Position numbers and translations under genes: made by a program. The notes under the pieces are model-generated. The model was not told where the DNA came from. It saw only the letters and a list, made by a program, of their open reading frames with translations, and ran no database searches. Below are positions 10,577-20,242 of a stretch of 64,000 nucleotides of DNA, one piece after another. This DNA is from Thermodesulfobacteriota bacterium. Lineage in GTDB: Bacteria > Desulfobacterota_D > UBA1144 > Nemesobacterales > JAJCZQ01. How positions within the stretch are numbered: the first letter of the stretch is position 1; each line of letters begins with the position of its first letter. The DNA lies in contig OZ244044.1 of assembly GCA_965215275.1 (NCBI GenBank), forward strand, positions 1,632,001 to 1,696,000. The letters run 5' to 3'.

Positions 10577-11749
10577 TTATCCGCTTATTTTCTTCAGTTC
10601 AATAAAGTTATATTCCCCTTCAGACGTCATAATGGGAACCCTCTCCACTATCTTTATACCGAACCCTTCCAGACCTTTGACCTTCATCGGATTATTTGTC
10701 AGAAGTCTGATCTTCTTTACGTTCAGGTCACGCAGGATCTGTGCACCGATCCCGTAGTTCCTCAGTTCGTTCTTAAGTTCGTGATGATTTTTACCATTTA
10801 GCGGATCGGGTATCGTTCCGTTCTCTGCATGGTTTTTTACCTTGTTAACAAGACCGTTACTGTAGCTCTCGGACCTTATGTAGAGTATGACTCCCGTGCC
10901 TTCGTCTTCCATCATCTTCATGGCACTGGTCAGCTTTGGTTTATCATCAAAGTTCAGGGCGTTAAAAACGTCGCTGATAAGACACTCGGAATGAACTCTG
11001 ACAAGTATTTCTCTGTCAGGGTCTATATCCCCTTTCACAAGAGCAACGTGATGGGCACGATTGATCTCACTTTCATAAACCATTGATTTGAAGGTCCCGC
11101 ACTCGGTAAGCAGTTCCGTCTGTGCGACCTTATTGACCAGGGTTTCATTCTCCAGTCTGTAGCTGATTATGTCCGCAATGGTCGCGATCTTTATATCGTG
11201 CTTTTTTGCAAATCTTTTAAGGTCTTCAAGTCTTGCCATATTACCGTCATCTTTCATGATCTCACATATGACGGATGCCGGCTTGAGTCCCGCGATCCTT
11301 GCCAGGTCCACCGACCCTTCAGTATGTCCGGCTCTGACGAGTACTCCACCTTTTCTTGCTATTAGAGGGAAAACATGGCCGGGTCTTATGAAGTCCTGAG
11401 GCTTTGACCCTTCCGAAATAGCAAGCTCAACGGTTAATGCTCTGTCGAAAGCGGAGATGCCCGTTGTAACGCCTCGTACGGCATCTATTGGTACGGTAAA
11501 CGCCGTATATTCTGATATATTACTGTTCTCTGGCTTGATAAGCTGCAGAGAAAGTCTGTCGGCGTTCTCCTTGGTCATGGTGAGACAGATCAGTCCCCTG
11601 CCGTGCGTTGCCATAAAGTTAATGACTTCTGCCGTTGCATATTCTGCTGCAACTACAAGGTCGCCTTCGTTCTCCCGGTCTTCGTCGTCGACCAGTATCA
11701 CTACCTTGCCATTTTTAATATCTTCGATTGCTTTTTTTATATCCACCAT
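10577..11749 (-). CDS. ribB: DHBP synthase fused to a degenerate GTP cyclohydrolase II domain (RibBX-type)
   Basis: DDEDRENEGD and RAGHTEG intact; GCH-II RCDC and EGRGIG motifs absent. Confidence 0.9.
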   Translation of the reverse strand: MVDIKKAIEDIKNGKVVILVDDEDRENEGDLVVAAEYATAEVINFMATHGRGLICLTMTKENADRLSLQLIKPENSNISEYTAFTVPIDAVRGVTTGISAFDRALTVELAISEGSKPQDFIRPGHVFPLIARKGGVLVRAGHTEGSVDLARIAGLKPASVICEIMKDDGNMARLEDLKRFAKKHDIKIATIADIISYRLENETLVNKVAQTELLTECGTFKSMVYESEINRAHHVALVKGDIDPDREILVRVHSECLISDVFNALNFDDKPKLTSAMKMMEDEGTGVILYIRSESYSNGLVNKVKNHAENGTIPDPLNGKNHHELKNELRNYGIGAQILRDLNVKKIRLLTNNPMKVKGLEGFGIKIVERVPIMTSEGEYNFIELKKISG

Positions 11750-11999
11750 TTTTTCTTGGTTTTTCCACTGTGTTCCCGCGTCTTGCCTGAAGCGGTTTTA
11801 CACGGTAAAAGATAAATTGTAATACACCTAAATGATATTGTATGCTGAAGTTTTGTCAATTATTTCTGACTTCTTGCAATAATCAGATCTTTCTTTGCAG
11901 AAGCGTTCATTCAGTCGGTGGTTTTACAGATGGGATTTCTCTTGACATCTTTTTCCGTAGATGTATCGTTTGTGTAGTTTTACTTACGGAGCGTGAAAA

Positions 12000-12182
12000 A
12001 TGTCAGATGAATTCCATTTTATTCAGTTTGTTCAGGAAGAGGAAACGGATCATGAAGAGGGTTTCTACGAGGACGTTGATGATCTTTTAGGGGAGGAGGG
12101 TTTCGAGTATGAAGACTGGGACGAAGGTCCTGAACTCGAAGATGATGCAGTAAAGGAAGAGCAGGAAATACTGCTTCATTAG
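12000..12182 (+). CDS. Small highly acidic hypothetical protein
   Basis: 60-aa D/E-rich ORF, GGAG upstream, TTGACA at 11942. Confidence 0.55.
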   Translation: MSDEFHFIQFVQEEETDHEEGFYEDVDDLLGEEGFEYEDWDEGPELEDDAVKEEQEILLH

Positions 12183-12251
12183 TCAGAACGTTCTCTCATC
12201 GATCACTCTGTTCCCATCCGAAACTCGACCTGTATTTCCGTGTTGAAAGAC

Positions 12252-13721
12252 CTACCTTTGCCCCATTATATAGTTCATTATCGTTCTTACTCCAAAGCCT
12301 GTACCTCCTGAAGGATAGACCTCGTTCCCGTCATTTAAATACGCGGGTCCGGCGATATCCATATGTATCCAGTGCTTTTGTGAGACGAAATGTTCTAGAA
12401 ATAACGCTGCCGTGATTGCCCCGCCCCATCTGCTGCCGACGTGTTTTACATCTGCGATCTTGCTTTTGAGCTCTTTTTTCAATTCATCATCAAGGGGCAG
12501 TTGCCACATTTTCTCACCCACGTTTTCCGCTGCTTTTAAAACGTCATCGATGAACGGCTGGTTATTTCCCATAACTCCAGCTGTGTAGCTTCCAAGGCCA
12601 ACGATACATGCCCCGGTCAACGTTGCCATATCTATTATCTCGTCCGCCTTTAGTTTTTTTACCGCGTAACTCAGAGCGTCGGACAGGATCAATCTGCCCT
12701 CTGCGTCCGTGTTTATTACCTCAATTGACTTACCGTTCATAGCATAGATCACGTCGTCCGGCTTATAGGCGTCACCTCCCGTCATGTTCTCCGTTGTGGG
12801 AACGAGCCCGTGGACCTTTATCTTTGGCCGCAGTTTAGATACGGCTTTCATTATCCCTATGACCGCTGCCGCTCCCGCCATGTCCATTTTCATCGTAAGC
12901 ATTGAATCTGCCGGTTTGAGGCACAGACCGCCTGAGTCAAAGGTAATCCCCTTGCCTACAACTGCCAGGGTTTTTGAATATTTCGGTGGTGAGTAGGTCA
13001 TACTTATGAACTTGGGAGGCTGGGTACTTCCGCGGGACACGGCGTACAGTGCTCCCATTTTCATCTCCAGGATCTCCTCTTTGTTGTATATCTTCACTTC
13101 GATATTCCCCTCTTCAGCCAACGATTCTGCAATTTCTGCCAGCCTGGAGGGGGTCAGATATACAGGTGGTTCGTTGACAACGTTCCTTGCCAGGCTTACC
13201 GAATCGGACATTTCAGCGGCAAACGCTCTTTCCCTTTCAAAGGTTTTGGGATTGAGGGTCTTTGAATATATATAAGTATTTCTTATGAGGGCCGTTTTAT
13301 CTGCAGTTTTATATTTACTGAACTTATAGCTTCCCTGAATAAGTCCTTCAATGGCAGATGATAGAACGTTCCTTCTGTTCGGCAGTTCATACACGACTTT
13401 AATATCGGTATCTTTTGCCAGCAGTTTTTTTCCAACGGAGGCGAACGACCTGTAACAGGAACTTATGGAGAATTCTTTACTTGATCCCAGACCTGCCACG
13501 AGGATGGACCTGGATCTCAGGGTTCCGATGGTATCCAGGGTCAGGATAGTTCCTTTTTCTCCTTTGAACTCGGTGGCTTTGGCTTTTTTTGATATTGCAC
13601 TTCCAATCCTGTTGTCTGTTTTTTTCAGTTCGCCTGAAAATGGTTTATCGGAAAATTTAGTGAAGATCAGCACGTCGCTGTCATAGTTTAGATATCCCTC
13701 TTTTTTTAGAGAAAGGTTCAT
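12252..13721 (-). CDS. pepA: Leucyl aminopeptidase (M17)
   Basis: VGKGITFDSGG, MKMDMAGAA, NTDAEGRL. Confidence 0.97.
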   Translation of the reverse strand: MNLSLKKEGYLNYDSDVLIFTKFSDKPFSGELKKTDNRIGSAISKKAKATEFKGEKGTILTLDTIGTLRSRSILVAGLGSSKEFSISSCYRSFASVGKKLLAKDTDIKVVYELPNRRNVLSSAIEGLIQGSYKFSKYKTADKTALIRNTYIYSKTLNPKTFERERAFAAEMSDSVSLARNVVNEPPVYLTPSRLAEIAESLAEEGNIEVKIYNKEEILEMKMGALYAVSRGSTQPPKFISMTYSPPKYSKTLAVVGKGITFDSGGLCLKPADSMLTMKMDMAGAAAVIGIMKAVSKLRPKIKVHGLVPTTENMTGGDAYKPDDVIYAMNGKSIEVINTDAEGRLILSDALSYAVKKLKADEIIDMATLTGACIVGLGSYTAGVMGNNQPFIDDVLKAAENVGEKMWQLPLDDELKKELKSKIADVKHVGSRWGGAITAALFLEHFVSQKHWIHMDIAGPAYLNDGNEVYPSGGTGFGVRTIMNYIMGQR

Positions 13722-13832
13722 TTGTGGACCTCCTGAATTTGTTATTTCGCAGATTTTGAACGTTATGGTTTTCCGCGATATTCTGTTCTTCTGCAGCTGC
13801 TTTTTATTACTTAAAGTATAACCGTAATGTTG

Positions 13833-14006
13833 CCTTGATGATATTTATAATCCGCAAAGGAACGATTATAATATTTTCACGAAGGACAGAGATAGGGATA
13901 GACAAAGAGCGTATGTACGAACTGCTTACGGTTAACACTGGACGGGTTTTACAGAAGTGCATATATAGTTCTGAAGACGTTAAAACTGAACGCCGCTTAT
14001 GGTTAA
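13833..14006 (+). pseudogene. Internally deleted remnant of the M20 peptidase gene (copy of 43436-43517 joined to 44539-44645)
   Basis: Direct sequence match to both ends of the gene at 43497-44645, joined at a GTATG microhomology (13911-13915). Confidence 0.88.
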
Positions 14007-14376
14007 GAGAAAAAGGGCATTAATACTGATAGATCACGGCAGTAAAGTAAGAGAGGCCAACGACCTGCTTGTAAAGGTCAGGGAAAAGCTTCTGAGCAGT
14101 CCGGCCTGTAAATTCGATATTGTGGAACACTGTCACATGGAGCTTGCCTCTCCCACTTTGGAAGACGCTTTTTCAGTTTGCGTCAGTTCAGGTGCGGAGG
14201 AGATAGTGGTACATCCGTATTTTCTGGCACCGGGCAGGCATTCAAAGACCGATATACCAGAAATGGTAAAAGAAGCTTTGATCAAGTTCCCGGACGTTGA
14301 GTGTAAAATAACGGAGCCGCTGGGGTTACATGATAAAATTATAGAAGTTATCATTCAGCGTGCCGACCTTTGCTGA
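13999..14376 (+). CDS. Sirohydrochlorin chelatase, CbiX/SirB-type single domain
   Basis: LIDHGS, HMELASP, HPYFLAPGRH, DIP, EPLG. Confidence 0.9.
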   Translation: MVKRKRALILIDHGSKVREANDLLVKVREKLLSSPACKFDIVEHCHMELASPTLEDAFSVCVSSGAEEIVVHPYFLAPGRHSKTDIPEMVKEALIKFPDVECKITEPLGLHDKIIEVIIQRADLC

Positions 14377-14390
14377 TATACGGTTTTATA

Positions 14391-15128
14391 ATGAAAAAGT
14401 ACTCAGACGTTATATTCGATCTTTTTGACACGCTGATATTGTTTCGGCCTGAACTCCTCCCAAAGATTGAAGTTAACGGCAGGGAGAGTTTTTCAACGGG
14501 TAAAGACGTTTACAGGATCTTCACGAGATATTTTAAAAACTACGGATTTAATGAGTTTTACGACCATTTTGTAAGGAGCTATCAAAAGTTTCAGGAACTA
14601 AAGAACGCGGACAACAGAGAATATCCTACAAGAAAAAGATTTGAGATCATGCTTGGAGGTATGGACGTTCCTGGTTATGATACTGACGTTCTGCAGGAAC
14701 TTGTCGTTTCTCATATGAGGTCACTTTCGCGTTCCATGGTATTTCCACAAGGATACAAAGCTGTTCTCTCTGAGCTTGCAAAGAGGGGTTACAGACTTTC
14801 CATACTGTCTAATTTCGATTGTTCCAGAACGGCTTATGACTTGCTGAAGCTGTACAAGATGATCCACCACTTTGACCATATATTTATTTCAGAGGATATA
14901 GGATGGAGAAAGCCGAGTCCCAGGGCATTTGAGCACGTTACCAGGACCCTGAACGTTCGTGTGGAAGATGCAGTATATATAGGGGATGATTATGAACGCG
15001 ACATCATTGGTGCCTGCAGGTCTAATATCGACAGCATATTGATCGATCCAGACAACAGAAGGGTATCGTGTTCACCTGCGTTTGCTTCGGTAACCCGGTT
15101 CGATCAGATCCTGAACGTGTTGCCCTGA
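14391..15128 (+). CDS. HAD family hydrolase
   Basis: FDLFDTL, LSNF, RKP, IGDDYERDI. Confidence 0.9.
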   Translation: MKKYSDVIFDLFDTLILFRPELLPKIEVNGRESFSTGKDVYRIFTRYFKNYGFNEFYDHFVRSYQKFQELKNADNREYPTRKRFEIMLGGMDVPGYDTDVLQELVVSHMRSLSRSMVFPQGYKAVLSELAKRGYRLSILSNFDCSRTAYDLLKLYKMIHHFDHIFISEDIGWRKPSPRAFEHVTRTLNVRVEDAVYIGDDYERDIIGACRSNIDSILIDPDNRRVSCSPAFASVTRFDQILNVLP

Positions 15129-15221
15129 TGTCTGAGAGATACCGCCTTAAAGATTTGAAAATTTATTTATGGAAGTATGGATAAATTGTAATATCTTAAT
15201 GATGATCATAAGATTTTAAAA

Positions 15222-16925
15222 ATGGGCCGGATATTTTTAATCACTATATATGCTTCGTTGATCTTTTTATGTACCGCAGAATATAAAAGCGTTAATACTG
15301 CGGCCGCTCCTGCGGAAAAAACGCTGTCAGCGGAACTGCGTGTTTTATTGAACGATTCCCTTGAAAGCAAAAATATAACCTTTGGGGATAAGGTCTATCA
15401 GGCGTCTCCGCTGCTGAACAAACTCTATAAGTCCCGGCAGTACAACCTCATCTGGTTTAAGGAGGATATGAGTTCCGGTGAGTACCTGTCTCCAGGCAGG
15501 CACCTGTTCTCTTATCTGGAGGTACTGAGGGATTCAAAACTGGAAGGTCTGGATCCGAATTTCTACGATATTGAAAGTATTGAGAAAAATATCAATGAGA
15601 TGAAAGACCTGGAAGGGGACATCTTAAGATCAAGGGCGGTCCAGGTCGATCTGCTGATCTCTAACTCCAATATTTCCTATTTTATTGACCTTCTGTACGG
15701 GAGGTACGAGGTAGCCAGTAATTTTATAGAAAGAGACTACTTTGAATCCTATATAGATATTATTGCACTGATCGACAGGGCAGTATCGGAAAATAATTTT
15801 TCTGGTGCCGTAAGGGCACTGTTGCCTGACAGTTATTTCTACCATGCCCTGAAGAGATCTTTGATCAGATATGAAAATATAAAGGAAAATGGCGGATTGC
15901 ACCCCATACCTTTAGGTGAGAATTTACAACTTGGAGTATATGACGTCAGGGTCGTCTTCTTAAAGCATCGCTTATATACAACTGGAGACATTGATTTCAA
16001 ATTGAACGAGGAAGGGAAGCGGTATCTTAACGACCCGTTGTTCGATTACCGTTTGATTAAAGCAGTGAAACGCTTTCAAAGACGTCATGGGTTAAAAGCG
16101 GACAGCGTGGTTGGTGAAAATACTATTGCGGCAATGAACGTTCCGCTGAGTGAAAAGATAGACTCTATAAAAAGAAATCTGGATATATGGAGAAAACTGC
16201 CTCGGAATTTTGGAGATAGATATGTTATGGTCAACATTCCCGTGTTCAGGCTTTTTGCCGTTAAGGACAATACGCCCGTTTTGGAGATGAGTGCCATAGT
16301 GGGTACTCCCGACTGGAATACTCCCGTGTTGATCGATGATATAGAGTATGTGGCGATCAACCCTTACTGGAACATTCCAAAAAGCATATTTTCAGAGGAG
16401 GTATTACCCATTATCCGTAGTGACCCGAGCTATTTGGCAAAGGCAAATTTAGAAGTTCTTTCACTTGAAACTGACATAGTGCAGAAGGACTATTCGTGGG
16501 ACTGGTCCGAGGTTGATCCGGAGAATTTTAACTACAGGTTAAGACAGTTGCCGGGAGGTACGAACCCGCTTGGCAAGTTGAAGTTCCTTTTTCCCAATAA
16601 ATACAATGTGTACCTGCATGACACACCACACAGGCAGTTTTTTGACCAGCTTGATAAGAAACTGAGCCATGGGTGCATCAGGGTCGAAAAACCTGTCCAG
16701 CTGGCAGAGTTTATATTTGATTATGACAGCGAGTGGAATGCCGAAGTTATAAGGTCTCAGATCGACTCCGGACAGTCGTGGGAGATTCAGTTAGATCGGT
16801 CTGTGCCGGTGTACATAGTGTATTTTACGACCTGGGTGGGAGATGATGGTCTGACCTATTTCAGTGACGATTTCTATAATTTCTTAACCCCTGTCCAGGA
16901 AGTCCAAGAAGTCCAGGAAAATTAA
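15222..16925 (+). CDS. L,D-transpeptidase (YcbB/LdtD-like) with peptidoglycan-binding domain
   Basis: AVKRFQRRHGL, NPLGKLKFLFPN, YLHDTP, SHGCIRV. Confidence 0.93.
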   Translation: MGRIFLITIYASLIFLCTAEYKSVNTAAAPAEKTLSAELRVLLNDSLESKNITFGDKVYQASPLLNKLYKSRQYNLIWFKEDMSSGEYLSPGRHLFSYLEVLRDSKLEGLDPNFYDIESIEKNINEMKDLEGDILRSRAVQVDLLISNSNISYFIDLLYGRYEVASNFIERDYFESYIDIIALIDRAVSENNFSGAVRALLPDSYFYHALKRSLIRYENIKENGGLHPIPLGENLQLGVYDVRVVFLKHRLYTTGDIDFKLNEEGKRYLNDPLFDYRLIKAVKRFQRRHGLKADSVVGENTIAAMNVPLSEKIDSIKRNLDIWRKLPRNFGDRYVMVNIPVFRLFAVKDNTPVLEMSAIVGTPDWNTPVLIDDIEYVAINPYWNIPKSIFSEEVLPIIRSDPSYLAKANLEVLSLETDIVQKDYSWDWSEVDPENFNYRLRQLPGGTNPLGKLKFLFPNKYNVYLHDTPHRQFFDQLDKKLSHGCIRVEKPVQLAEFIFDYDSEWNAEVIRSQIDSGQSWEIQLDRSVPVYIVYFTTWVGDDGLTYFSDDFYNFLTPVQEVQEVQEN

Positions 16926-17073
16926 AAAAAGGTTTCCTGTCTTTTTATAAACACCTTGGAAGAAACTGCTGTTTAATGAATGGGGATCATCTGCTTGATT
17001 ACCCAGAAATTTAAATTACTTCTCTGCACTGACCTTGAAGTTTTGACCGGGTCGTTCAGCAAGGAAATTATTC

Positions 17074-17103
17074 TTGACATTCATTCAGGATACAAAGTAG
17101 AAT
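17074..17103 (+). promoter_or_regulatory. Sigma70-type promoter of surface gene 1
   Basis: TTGACA (17074-17079), 18-nt spacer, TAGAAT (17098-17103); conserved in the duplicate at 18314. Confidence 0.7.
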
Positions 17104-17112
17104 AAAATAGTT

Positions 17113-18050
17113 ATGAACATGTTATTCAGAGCAATACCCCCCCCCCTTATAATTCAGTAATTCCCCTTTTCTTTCTTCTTTGCCTTGTATCCGTTGAGGC
17201 ATATGGCCAGATTAATAATTGTGACTCCAGTGCAGATATTGAAGCTACGCTGCAACTGGACGGAATGGAAAGTCGCTATACTTTAGCAGATGCCAATGAC
17301 CTGGATTATTTTCAGATAGAGGTAACAGGTTCTGTTATGGTAGATATAGAGGTAGTCATGGTAGTTGCGGCTTTACCGACAGACTACAGGTTACAGTTGT
17401 GTGACAGCAATGATGATCTGATAGCCAGTGATACTGATGATTTAATTCTGAACGTTATGGATCAGCTTGAACCGGGAACGTACTATATCGTTATGGGAAA
17501 CAGCAGAGGTGTCGCATTATACGATATTGCAGTAATGGGTACCATAATTAATCCACCTGATCCTGACCCTAACATACCAACCTTTGGCAGTGAAACGATA
17601 GATGATCAGGATTACATAGCAGGGAATCCAATAACACCAGTAACTCTGCCTGCTGCAACGGGAGGGGATGGAGCATTAACATACAGCCTGACTCCTGCAT
17701 TACCAACCGGACTGGATTTTAACGCAGGTACTCGAGAGATAAGCGGGACACCCACTACTGTAACGAGCAGGACTACTTATACATATACTGTAACAGACGA
17801 TGACGGAGATACGGATGATTTGAACTTCAGGATCAGTGTAGAGGTTCCTCCTGCTCCGCCACCGCCAGGACCGACACCAACACCACGAAGACCGACAACA
17901 TCAGGTACTGATACAGGCGGAGGTGGAGGATGTGCGGTCTCCGATCAGAGCAACGTTGTTCCTGATCTGCTCGGAGCAGTGGCATGTCTGATGCTTATAC
18001 CCGTGTCAGTAGTGATCAGAAGGAAGATAATGTCTCAGATAAATATGTAG
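17113..18050 (+). CDS. Surface protein 1: signal peptide, PPC-like domain, one Ig-like (He_PIG-type) repeat, Pro linker, Gly-Cys-TM sorting tail; frameshifted at C10
   Basis: ATG 17113 MNMLFRAIPPP then stop at 17158; the body frame reads YNSVIPLFFLLCLVSVEAYGQ... into ORF 17265-18050. Confidence 0.85.
17137..17146 (+). repeat. Poly-C tract (C10), putative phase-variation switch
   Basis: C11 or C8 would restore the frame. Confidence 0.85.
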
Positions 18051-18313
18051 CAACGCGGTCTTTTCCAGGATGTTAAACTAACTAATATTTTTCCCATCAG
18101 AATAATGGTCTGACCTATTTCAGTGAAGATTTCTATAATTTCTTAACCCCTGTCCAGGAAGATTAAAACGGTCTCCTGTCGTTTTATGATCACCTTAGGA
18201 AGAAGTTGCTGTTTAATGAATGGGAATTATCTGCCTGATTACCTGAAAACTTAGATTACTTCTCTGCACTGACCTTGAAGTTTTGAACGGGTCGTTTAGC
18301 AAAGAAATTATTC

Positions 18314-18343
18314 TTGACATTCGGTCAGGGTACAAAGTAGAAT
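18314..18343 (+). promoter_or_regulatory. Sigma70-type promoter of surface gene 2
   Basis: TTGACA-18 nt-TAGAAT. Confidence 0.7.
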
Positions 18344-18352
18344 AGAAAAGTT

Positions 18353-20106
18353 ATGAACATATCTTTTAGAGTAATACCCCCCCCTTTCTATCTAAGTTAG
18401 TAATTCCCTTTTTCTTTCTTCTGTGCCTTGTATCCATTGAGGCATATGGACAGATCAATAACTGTGACACCAGTACCACCGATCTCAATGATCCCTTATA
18501 CGGCTGTCAGTGGCATCTGAAAAATACAGGACAGCTTGGGGCTGTAACTACCTCTGGAGAAGATATAAACATAGAAGGGGTATGGGATGATAATGTATTC
18601 GGTGCTGGAATTAATGTGGCGGTGGTAGATTATGGTATGCAAACCGGTCACGAGGACCTTGCTGATAATGTAAATACCAGCCTGAATCATGATTATTCAG
18701 GAAGCAGTAACATATACGACCCTTCAGAAACTCGTGGTACACGTGTATCGGGAGTTATAGCAGCAGTGGGAGATAACAGCCTTGGGGTAAGAGGCGTGGC
18801 ACCACAGGCAGGCATCTATAGTTATAATTTAGCTGGCAACTTCAGCGGTGCCAACGCAAAGGATGCCATGGTCCGTAACAGAGATACAACGGCTGTATCC
18901 GTCAACAACTGGGGACCGAATGACCTGCCTCTTCTCAGAGAGGCTTCATCAGATTGGGAAGAAGGAGTGGGAACGGGTATAAGTGAAGGGTTTGGTGGTA
19001 AAGGGGTATTTTATGTGTGGGCGGCCGGGGACGGAGATAAAAGGGCAGATCAGGCTAATTTTGATGAGTATTCCAGCTACTACGCTGTAACTGCCGTATG
19101 TTCGGTAGATGGAGAAGGGAACAAGAGTTCTTTTTCAGAAGAAGGAGTAAATCTTTGGGTATGTGCTCCAGGAGAAAATATTACAACTACTGATAATAAC
19201 AATGAATATATTTTTGATGCAAGTGGAACAGCATATTCAGCAGCACAGGTTGCAGGTGTGGCGGCACTGATGAGGGAGGTAAACGGTGACCTTAGCTGGA
19301 GAGACCTTAAACTGATACTTGCAACTTCAGCTCGTAAGAACGACGCTTCTGACACAAGCTGGGAGACGGGAGCACAGAAGTACGGTTCTGGTTCAGAAAA
19401 TTATAATTACAATCCTAAGTATGGTTTTGGTGTGGTAGATGCAGAAGCAGCAGCAGGACTTGCTGAAAGCTGGACTAATGTTCCAAGGATGAGAACTCAG
19501 ACCGTTTCCTCCGGGACTATTGATATGGCAATCATCGACCACGATGACATAACCGGAGTAGACGGAGAAACTATTTCCAGACTGACAATACCGGATACTT
19601 CTCTTTCTTTTACAGAGTTTGTAGAGGTTGAGTTTAATTTCTCTCACACGTTCTTGCCAGATCTGGAAATACAGATAACCTCCCCTGACGGTACTGTGTC
19701 ACAGCTTACTGAGGAATATACAGCAGGAGCGATATTACTCGTACTTAACACTTCACTCACTTCAAGTGACTTTGATTACACGAACAAAACTCATCGTTTT
19801 GGTTCAGCCAGGCACCTTGGAGAAGACCTTGCCGGAGAATGGATTTTGAAAATAACTGATCATCATAATGGAGGTTCAGGGATTTTACACTCGTGGAGCA
19901 TTAAAGTTTATGGTCACGGGAGGGAAGATACAGTTGCACCACCGCCACAAGGTCCAGTGTCAGATAGTGATACAGGTGGAGGAGGATGTGTGGTCTCTGA
20001 TCAGAACGAAGTTGTTTCGAATCTGCTTGGAGTAATGGCATGTCTGATGCTTATACCTGTATCAGCAGTGATCAGAAGAAAGATAAGGTCTCAGATAAAT
20101 ATGTAG
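18353..20106 (+). CDS. Surface protein 2: signal peptide, inactive kexin-like S8 domain, P domain, Gly-Cys-TM sorting tail; frameshifted at C8
   Basis: ATG 18353 MNISFRVIPPPFYLS*; the body frame reads FLSKLVIPFFFLLCLVSIEAYGQ...DPLYGCQWHLKNTGQ into ORF 18616-20106; LSWRD and YGFGVVDA kexin-like motifs. Confidence 0.87.
18377..18384 (+). repeat. Poly-C tract (C8), putative phase-variation switch
   Basis: C9 would restore the frame. Confidence 0.85.
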
Positions 20107-20242
20107 CAACGCGGTCTTTTCCAGGACACTTAACTAACTAATATTTTCCCCATCAGAATATCTGCTGGCTGCGATACCTGTTCTTTAATATCAGGCAACA
20201 GAGCATGTAACGCCCGGTTTTTTTAATTAAAGGGCCGTCTGA

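Larger units (their letters stand above)
16846..20160. repeat. Tandem duplication: unit 1 16846-18104, unit 2 18105-20160, conserved ends and unrelated middles
   Basis: ATGGTCTGACCTATTTCAGTGA... at 16846 and 18105; both units end ...CCCATCAGAATA (18104, 20160). Confidence 0.9.

Noticed and set aside
13835..14023. 62-aa plus-strand ORF
   Set aside because: Chance reading across the deleted peptidase remnant.
16893..16922. GTCCA(G/A)GAA x3 repeat at the ldt 3' end
   Set aside because: Short in-frame VQE expansion (single copy in the duplicate near 18152); probably neutral.
17137..18384. Single programmed ribosomal frameshift explaining all poly-C tracts
   Set aside because: Genes 1 and 2 need -1 whereas gene 3 needs +1 at each tract, and tract lengths differ; DNA-level or transcriptional slippage fits better.
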